The notes under the pieces are model-generated. The model made no database searches, was not told where the DNA came from, and saw nothing but the letters and a program-made list of their open reading frames with translations. The position numbers and the translations under genes were made by a program. This document shows, piece by piece, positions 33,730-42,025 of a DNA stretch of 42,025 bases. The stretch comes from Intoshia linei (lineage: Eukaryota > Animalia > Orthonectida): the NCBI GenBank assembly GCA_001642005.1, contig LWCA01000191.1, positions 1-42,025 on the forward strand, given 5' to 3'. Position 1 is the stretch's first letter; each line of letters opens with the position of its first letter.

Positions 33730-35607
33730 TTATTTAAATTGAAAAACTGATTTAAGGGATAAATGATCGGAAGGAACACACCTTGACGGAATATGCTTTT
33801 TGTTGAAAAAATGTTTTTTAGCAGTTGTTTTCATAATACCAACTAAATCCAATTTATCCTCTTCATAAAAAATGTAATCGATTGTCTTCATATAATCAAA
33901 TTTCTCCCATTTTGAATTATAGGCGGTTCCAATATTCTAAAAAATGTTGTAAATGCGAAATAATGATGCGTCCAGTGGTCACCGTGCCACGGATATTAAA
34001 TGTAAAATTACATTAACATAATTTGCATAAGAATCTGTAAATTTGATTCCTTGGTTCATTTCATCTGGAATAAAATCAAGTAAACTCTTTTTCTAAAAAG
34101 AATGATCAACGACGAAAAATATTACCTCATCATCAACATTTACAGCATCATAAGATTTTCGCAATTGTAAAATTTGATCTTTCGATACTTTACCAGTAGT
34201 CATAAAACTGTACATTGCTGATTCAGGAACAGAGTTAAAATCTCCACATATAACGATAGGCACATTATTGCTTTTAAATTGCTTGAGATATTCGACGGCA
34301 CTAATAACTTCAAAAACTTGTTTATTAAAATTGACAAAGTCGGCATAATTGATGTGGGTATTAGCTACAATGAAGGTTTTACCATTAAACTCAAACTCTG
34401 AAGTTAATATTACATCTGGCATCTTTTTAATTAATTTAGATACGACTCTGTGATCATTAGAATTTATGTTATACTTTTTCATAGAATTTTCAAAGATATC
34501 AGTCAATTTTTCAGCGTTAAATCTTTTTAATTTGATATTTTTGTAAAAAGTCGCACATCCTTCAATATAACGTAGTTTATTATTAATATACGATCTCATT
34601 TTAGAAACACATTTATATCCTAACATAGCCATCGCGCCTTCGAGGTGACTTTTTAAAAATGCCCCCTCCACTTCCTGCATACACACAACATTGGCATTCA
34701 GTGCCCGGATTTCATCAATTAAAATTGGTAGTCGAGTAATATTGCGCAAATGACTGTAAGGTAGCCAAGGAAAATTACTTAATTGTGTATAACCTTGTGC
34801 AAGAATATTGTAAGACACGACAGAAAAGGTTTTACTGGGATCAACGTTATTCAATTTGTCAGAATAGTCTATAAAAGTTCTTTCTTTAAAGGAATCGTTT
34901 CTGAAACTGGTATAAGTACTGGATAGTTTTATTTTGTGCATATCACTTACTGTACATTCAGCATGACGTAATTTTCTTTCCTTTTTCACTTTTTTCTTGT
35001 ACAAAATGACAACATCACCATCAGAGCAATTATTTGAAGTAGATGCACCTGAGGAAATATTATTGACGGAAATATCATTTTCTTTGGTTTTTTTATTTCC
35101 TTCAGAATCTGAATAGTCGTCAGAGGAAAATTTGGACTTTGATAGTTTTTCAGGTGAAATGTTGACGTTAGATGAAATATCTGGTTCAATAGATAACGCT
35201 GAATTGTCATTCGTATTTTTTGAATTTTCATGAAGTATTTCATCATACTTTGTTGATGGTTTTTTCTTTTTTGAAGTAATTCTTTTTGACGTTTTCGTTT
35301 TTTTTAAATTGTGCGAGGAATACGTTGAACTATCATCTGTAATAGACAAATCTATATACATTAATTGCACATTTTTAGATTTATTCGAATTTCTACGAGA
35401 TTTTCGCTTTTTATGTGGGTTCAAAATTTGCTTTTTCGTTTTACAGTCTTCAACATTGTCTGAATCAGAACTCTTTAGAATTGTGTCACGTTTAGATATC
35501 ATACTTTTCACTTTATTTAACGGTACATCTTCATCAGTTTGGTCTGCATTCAAATTTATTTTTTTGCTTTGATTTAATGTTTTCAAATTTCTTTTATTTT
35601 TGTACAT
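33730..35607 (-). CDS. EEP-superfamily nuclease of the CCR4/PDE12/Angel/nocturnin group with a long Lys/Ser-rich N-terminus, 3 exons
   Basis: SYNILAQ, VVCMQEVE, EGCATFY, IVANTHI, ICGDFNSVP; after two short introns, TIDYIFY and PSDHLSL...FQFK* (33730). Confidence 0.85.
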
Positions 35608-35714
35608 TACTGAAATGAAACTTTATTTTAAATTAAATTATCGAAACAAATTTTTTCAGTTGCCAAATAGAGATTGAAAGTGATGAGACGAGTACGATAT
35701 AAGTGCAATTTTAT

Positions 35715-36725
35715 TTAATTTTTACACAACTTTTTAATTTTTAATATATTTTTTATAATTTCATCAAGTATCATACAATTTATGCGTCTACGCGATAATT
35801 CAACAATTGTTTCACCGGTTAGCCAAGGGATAAAGTTCTAGATAGTTGTATAAAAATAATGTATTAATACTAACCAATTTCACATCCATTTTTATGGGAT
35901 CATAGAAAACGCCTTGATTTTTAAGTGTATTTAAAACTGTACAAGTAAGACCAGACACGTATGAATTGACCATTTTATCTAAATTTTATTTATTTATAGT
36001 GAAATGGAAGCTAAAAAACTTTTTAAATTTTTTTGTTCATTTTGATTGATTATCTCAATAATATTCTCAGTTTGATTCAATCGATGTTTCTTTTCAAGTA
36101 AAGACCTTTGGTTTTGTTGGATAAGCTTTTCTCGTTCTGAAATTTCGATATTTCTAATGAAATGAAACTGGCTCTCTTTGCACCGCATTTCTTTCAATTC
36201 GTTTTCTTCAGAAACTTCGACCAAACTTTTCTCAATAGTTGTACCTACCAAAAATTGGAGAATAGGAATTACTTGAATGTCAAAATTAAACAATTCGTTT
36301 GGTAAAATTTCTGTAGCAGCATTTTTAAATATTCCAGGTTTTTCGTATTTCGGCGACGGTGGACGATCATAATACAATTCCGAAGACCAAAAATCGTCAA
36401 TTTCAATATCCCGATCTGTAATTTCCTCCAAAACGCGATTCGGGTGTTCCATTGTCATCAAATTTACCGGCTTTTTAGTTCTATTCAGTTTTAGTTTCTT
36501 TTTGGATAATACTTGACTGAATGGAACATAACATTTAGCATACGTATTCCCTCGAACAATCCTTTTATCATGCATTATGTTAACGTGACATGACTGTTCC
36601 ATCCGGAGCATGTATATCTCTTTAAATTTACGATTCTGAATTCGCTGCGCCTCCAAACCACATCGATATTCTTTCACATTTTCACCGAAAATATCCATTA
36701 AATTATTTACGTGCAATTGTTGCAT
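35715..36725 (-). CDS. RSPH3: Radial spoke head protein 3, 3 exons
   Basis: NIMHDKRIVRGNTYA, DRPPSP, ATEILPNELFNFDIQVIPILQFLVGTTIEKSLVEVSEENEL, then spliced GVFYDPIK...|NFIPWL; stop at 35715. Confidence 0.9.
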
Positions 36726-36856
36726 AGATTAAAATTAACAGATATTTTAATTGTCATTCAAGTCTTAAATTAAGTGGACTTTCAATTAAAATGTTAGGAA
36801 AGCAAGACAACGTATCAAATTTTATTATAATTAAAATAGAATATAAACGTGTTTAA

Positions 36857-37537
<681 letters not shown>

Positions 37538-37682
37538 TGAATATAAGAATTAAAATTACAAAATTACAAGTTACCACTGTGTACAGTTGTCAAGAATAAC
37601 ACGTGTGACAAAATAAATTTAACATCTGGTACCACGTAGTAAATATACGAACGAAATGTGTAATGTATTTATTTGACAAAAT

Positions 37683-40600
37683 TTACAAGTTAAATCGACT
37701 TAAACAAATCGATTCGCCATTTTCTAAATATTCTTCTCGAGTGACAAAAATTCGCTGCATGTTTTCACTGTTGCATAAATTTCGACCACCTAGCCAGGGA
37801 AATCCTATGGGACTAAAATAAGGTTAGAAATTGTTACGATTAGGTATTACTCTTCCGGAATCACAATATTTATATCGATATCACTGTCAACAATGGATCG
37901 TAAATCTTGGCGACTAATTTAATGTAAGTCAAATAAAATAACAACTTACAATCGACTAACAAATCCATCAAAGTTCATGTTTCCTCCAATCAATAGAATG
38001 TTGTCGTACATTGTATAAGCATCATCTATTTTACAAAATGAATAAATAATTCGGAAAATTTACAGTTAATAAATTCATCACGAAATGTTTCTCAAGCCGC
38101 CATACCCGAAAATTCAAATTAGAATACAAAAATACTATATGAACCACTTTTCTAATATAGATAAAAACAAACCTCCGTAAAATTTGTGGCAATTATCAAT
38201 TACATATTTAGTTGCCTCGACTATGCCCATTTGGTTTATTCCTATATCGGATGGATTAAATAACAATTCCGGTACTGTAAATCTTTCAACTCCTAACCGT
38301 ATGGACTAAACTTTAATTTAAAATGTAAATTAATCTTAAAACTTGATAATCTGTTTTATTTTTTAATCGTTCGTCGCTAATTCCATTTCTTATGAAACCA
38401 CGATTAGTATCAGCAAAATCAGGTAATATGTAATCTTGTATCAAGTCGGAATCTGGTAAATTTGATCTAAATAACAAATTAATAATTATTAACAATAAAA
38501 TCATTGTAAATCTGCAGTTCCTTAACTTTTCAATATTCGCGCATGCTCATAAATGATAACGGCGGTTCGCGAGCATTGTTAACAGGTCATATTTCTGTTT
38601 AATGTACAATATTTTATTCAAAAAATATTTGATATTATCAAAGAAAAAACAATATTAATGCAGATTTATTATTAGAGTACTCAACAAAAAAATTTAAAAT
38701 TTAATAAGGGTCAATCTTATCTTCATTTAAATAATTTTATCTTATTTATCGATTAACTAATTAAATCTTAATTCATTATGTGATCATCTTAATTTAAGAT
38801 GAACGATAAATATTAATTATTTAATTAAATTAAATAATCATACCATTTGCAACGATGGTATTTTAACTCTATATTATCATATATAAGTAATTTTCTTGCT
38901 AAGATTCTTGCAGGTGTACTGATTCTCAAGAATATACTTTTTAGTGTTCCATTTCTAAAAATAAGCATGCGAAGAGGGCTTGAGTAACGTAGATTAGACA
39001 GATACAATGTACTTTTTAGAAAATTTTCTAAATCATACATTTGATATCCAGAGGTTAATAAACTCATTTATAAGCACCTTAATGGTTGCCTAAAACAATA
39101 AACCGATTCGCCATCGACTCGTAGGCTATTGATCTATTTTAAGAATTGAAAAATAAAAAAAATTACGTGACACTCTTCATATCCCGATAAAAATCAGATG
39201 TGACATAACAAGAATCTTCTTTAAGTTGGTTAATAACATAAGTTTCATCCATGACATTGAGTTGTCTAAAAATGTTAATACAGTGGAAATTTGATTGTGA
39301 AAACACTTCATCGTAAAAACACTTGATAGTAACTAATGTAAATACAGCTAAATTGAAAAATGAACTTTATATTTTAAGACAATATAAAAACTTAATATTG
39401 TACTTTTGTAAAATTACTAACATTTGTAATATGTGAATTATATTTTACTTTTTTAAAAATTTTCATAAATCTATTTAAAATGTGCACTATTATAAATATC
39501 TATTTATCTGAGATATTATTTTCTAATTTAAATTGTTACATTATTAATATTGATTTTTTTAAAGTTAATATATTTTATTAGTTTTAATTGTCCTTGAAAC
39601 AGATTCGTCGTTATTCCTAATTTCAAAAATTAACTAGTTTTTACAACTAACAATTCACATTTTTATCAGTTTCATATATTAGATCATGTTTTCTTAACTG
39701 AGGGGTCGATAAAAATATTTCTAGAGTCGCGTCATTTTATTGAAAATTTTAAGTTACTTTAACTATGTGAAACATCTTTTTCAAACTTAACATACATAAA
39801 AATTCCCCTTAAACGTTGATCAAAAACATACCCTTAAACTTTGGTTAAATTCATCTGCCACCTGTCCATAGGATTTTCCGGAATCGATTTAAGTTTAATG
39901 ATGTTTATTTTATCAAAAATACTTATATATTTACGTTTCATAATTTCGTGTTTAAAGAATTCGCTATATTTACTTTATGACTTTTTCATTTTTAAAGTTG
40001 TCTTAATAATAAAAATTATTGCATAAATATATTTAGCTGATTGATATTTGCTGTACTTACAATCGAGATTCCACTGTAAAATTAAATCAATATAATACCC
40101 ATATGAGATGATTTCTTTAAGGTGATTTGTGAATAGTTTTCCTCCAATATTAATTCTCACTGTAAAATCTGATATACGCTTTCCTTGCATATAAGGTATA
40201 ATATGAGTAAATGAATATCCGGAATCAATAATTAAACAAGAATTATTCTGTGTTGAGCACAATTGTTTAATAAATCCAAAAAAAGGAGCTATAAAGATTA
40301 GAATGAAAATTTAAAATTAGACTTACTGACACATCGAAAAACACCAGCAAATTCGAATTCTTCAAAAAAAATTTCATCCATATCGCACTTGACAGAAATA
40401 AAATTGGCGATAGGTTCAGTGATACAAATCCTAGTGTCTTTATAATCAACATTCAATACATCAGATGAGAAGACACGTTCCCAAATGCGTTTTTGAACGT
40501 TTCCGTTGACAAGATATCCCTTAAAAGTTTAGTTAAAGTAAAGGAAAATACAGATGAATTAAATAATTCTTACTCTATCAAAGGGAACCATATAATACAG

Positions 40601-41147
40601 ACCAGACTTGTCATTACATTTTTCGGTTTCATCGGCAACAAATACACGGTTTTTTATGTTTTTCGCTTTAGTAATGCAATTTGGGATTAACCTAGGATGG
40701 AACAAATTATAATAAAATATAATAGATGGCATAAATAAACAATTAACAAAACTGTTAAAACAACAAATTTTATTGTGAAGGTTTAACAAAAACAATGTAT
40801 TCTCCTTTAATCGTCACCATTCCCATATAAGAAACGTTGATACCAATTTTTTCTGCAATTTCATCAGTGTAAATTTCAATAGCGTTTCGTAACACCATAT
40901 TAGAAAAACAGTCCATACAGGAAATTATACCGGCAAATTCTCTGGACAGCAATTTACCATTTTCTAATGGAACATTTGTTTTCACCGATACCTGTTTACC
41001 AAGTAGATTCTTTAAAAAATTAATTTTGTCAGTTTTATTCATTTTACATTTTTAAATAAAGTTTAAATAAAATTACATTGGTTTCAGCATGTGGGACCAA
41101 TTTACTTTCATGGTGTAGGCTCCATTATCCATTACAATGTATTTCAT
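37683..41147 (-). CDS. ACTR6: Actin-related protein 6 (SWR1/SRCAP subunit), ~10 exons
   Basis: MKYIVMDNGAYTMK..|LIPNC...GLYYMVPFDR|GYLVN..., IIDSGYSFTHIIPY, GGKLFTNHLKEIISY, QLNVMDETYVINQLKEDSCYV, DYILPDF, ERFTVPELLFNPSDIGINQMGI, VTREEYLENG...RFNL*. Confidence 0.92.
40770..41042 (-). CDS. Sm/LSm-fold protein (LSM6/SmF-like or NAA38-like), intronless, nested in ACTR6 intron 1 on the same strand
   Basis: Sm1 motif FLKNLLGKQVSVK...FAGIISCMDCFSNMVLRNAIE and Sm2 motif MGMVTIKGEYIVFV. Uninterrupted 90-aa ORF. Confidence 0.82.
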   Translation of the reverse strand: MNKTDKINFLKNLLGKQVSVKTNVPLENGKLLSREFAGIISCMDCFSNMVLRNAIEIYTDEIAEKIGINVSYMGMVTIKGEYIVFVKPSQ

Positions 41148-41289
41148 GGTGTCTTGTTACTGTGTTTTGGAATATTTTTAAATATTTTAAATTTTCGGAA
41201 TGAAAAAATTATGACATGATCATTATTATGCAAATTGAATTTGCATGGAAACATTTCAATATTAACAATTTTATTTATCAACAAAATAA

Positions 41290-41508
41290 ATGTCAATATT
41301 TTCAACAATTTCTTTGTCGCGACAGGCTGTGGTTACGTCTTTGACATTTACAATTATAATGACAGCATATGTTCATAACCTTATGGATTATCAGAGTCGT
41401 GTAAATTTTTCATTTTTTTTTTTACATTTTTAGCAAGAAAAATTGTCTTTGCACAGGAAAATTCGTAAGAAGGACATGAAAATACCTGGATTAGGATTTA
41501 ATTGTTAA
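41290..41508 (+). CDS. Small protein resembling cytochrome c oxidase assembly factor PET117, 2 exons (41290-41400, 41434-41508)
   Basis: MSIFSTISLSRQAVVTSLTFTIIMTAYVHNLMDYQSR|QEKLSLHRKIRKKD...: a hydrophobic segment, then YVH and LH in PET117-like order. 33-nt GT-AG intron; divergent from ACTR6. Confidence 0.5.
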
Positions 41509-42025
41509 ATTAAATTTTATCATGTACAGTATTCTTTCGATAACTCGCCATTAATTTAAAATATAAAAGTTATAAACCATCTTTCAAAATTAGTTGCGAT
41601 TTTATGTACTTAAGTTTTAAATCACGTTGAAATTTAAAATGCTTCTAAATAATGCAGATGGATAAATCATTTATTTAAAAAAGAGAAATCTATATTATGC
41701 TTACAAAAAATTGTATTTATATTTATTCTATTTAGTAAACCCATTTTTTAATTCAAATGTAATTTTTAGAAAATATTGAATTCATTTCAGTTGTAAAAAT
41801 GAATTTTTTGATTAGATAGATTATAATTATTTTTTATTAGGCCGTTTCTTGTAACGCCCAAATGATTAAATTCACAGATAAATAGATGTAGATGACAAAA
41901 TAATATAATATATTGTTTAGAAATAGCCTTAAATTGACAACAGAAAAATTGGAAATATTTTAATTAGCATAAGTTTGGAGAGAAACGAATTACAATACTT
42001 AAATTTTAACATAGAATGTGATTCA

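Noticed and set aside
38825-39067. 80-aa minus-strand ORF in an ARP6 intron as a second nested gene
   Set aside because: No recognisable motif, and the splice combinations I tried gave no convincing protein. It cannot be excluded without expression data.
41640-42025. Possible exons of a further plus-strand gene at the window end
   Set aside because: Acceptor-like AGs are present (e.g. ~41840) but no coherent reading frame or motif could be built.

Overview
Very AT-rich eukaryotic (animal) genomic DNA from a highly compacted genome. Most introns are 33-45 nt GT-AG, many intergenic gaps are about 60-150 bp, and most long introns or spacers hold transposon debris. This style resembles a miniaturised protostome such as the orthonectid Intoshia, but that is inference only. 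Manual splicing gives about 14 genes: the last exon of an unknown gene, intronless NRBP and INTS7, a ~36-exon EML5/6, CZIB, ALG12, a roh/CG30415-like small protein, USP12/46, a CCR4/PDE12/Angel-type EEP nuclease, RSPH3, a divergent ARF, ARP6/ACTR6, an LSm-fold gene and a PET117-like gene. Mobile DNA includes hAT, piggyBac and Ty3/Gypsy remnants, Tc1/pogo-type and hAT MITEs with target-site duplications, a Helitron-like repeat family and a ~99-bp tandem repeat. Two architectures stand out. (1) A complete intronless LSm gene lies inside ARP6 intron 1 on the SAME strand, with its own AATAAA and GU-rich tract, suggesting one locus that yields ARP6 by splicing or LSm by intronic polyadenylation. 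(2) ALG12 and the roh-like gene converge with overlapping stop codons inside a 14-bp palindrome, and both proteins end in KS*. All gene identities come from my recall of family motifs, not from database searches.
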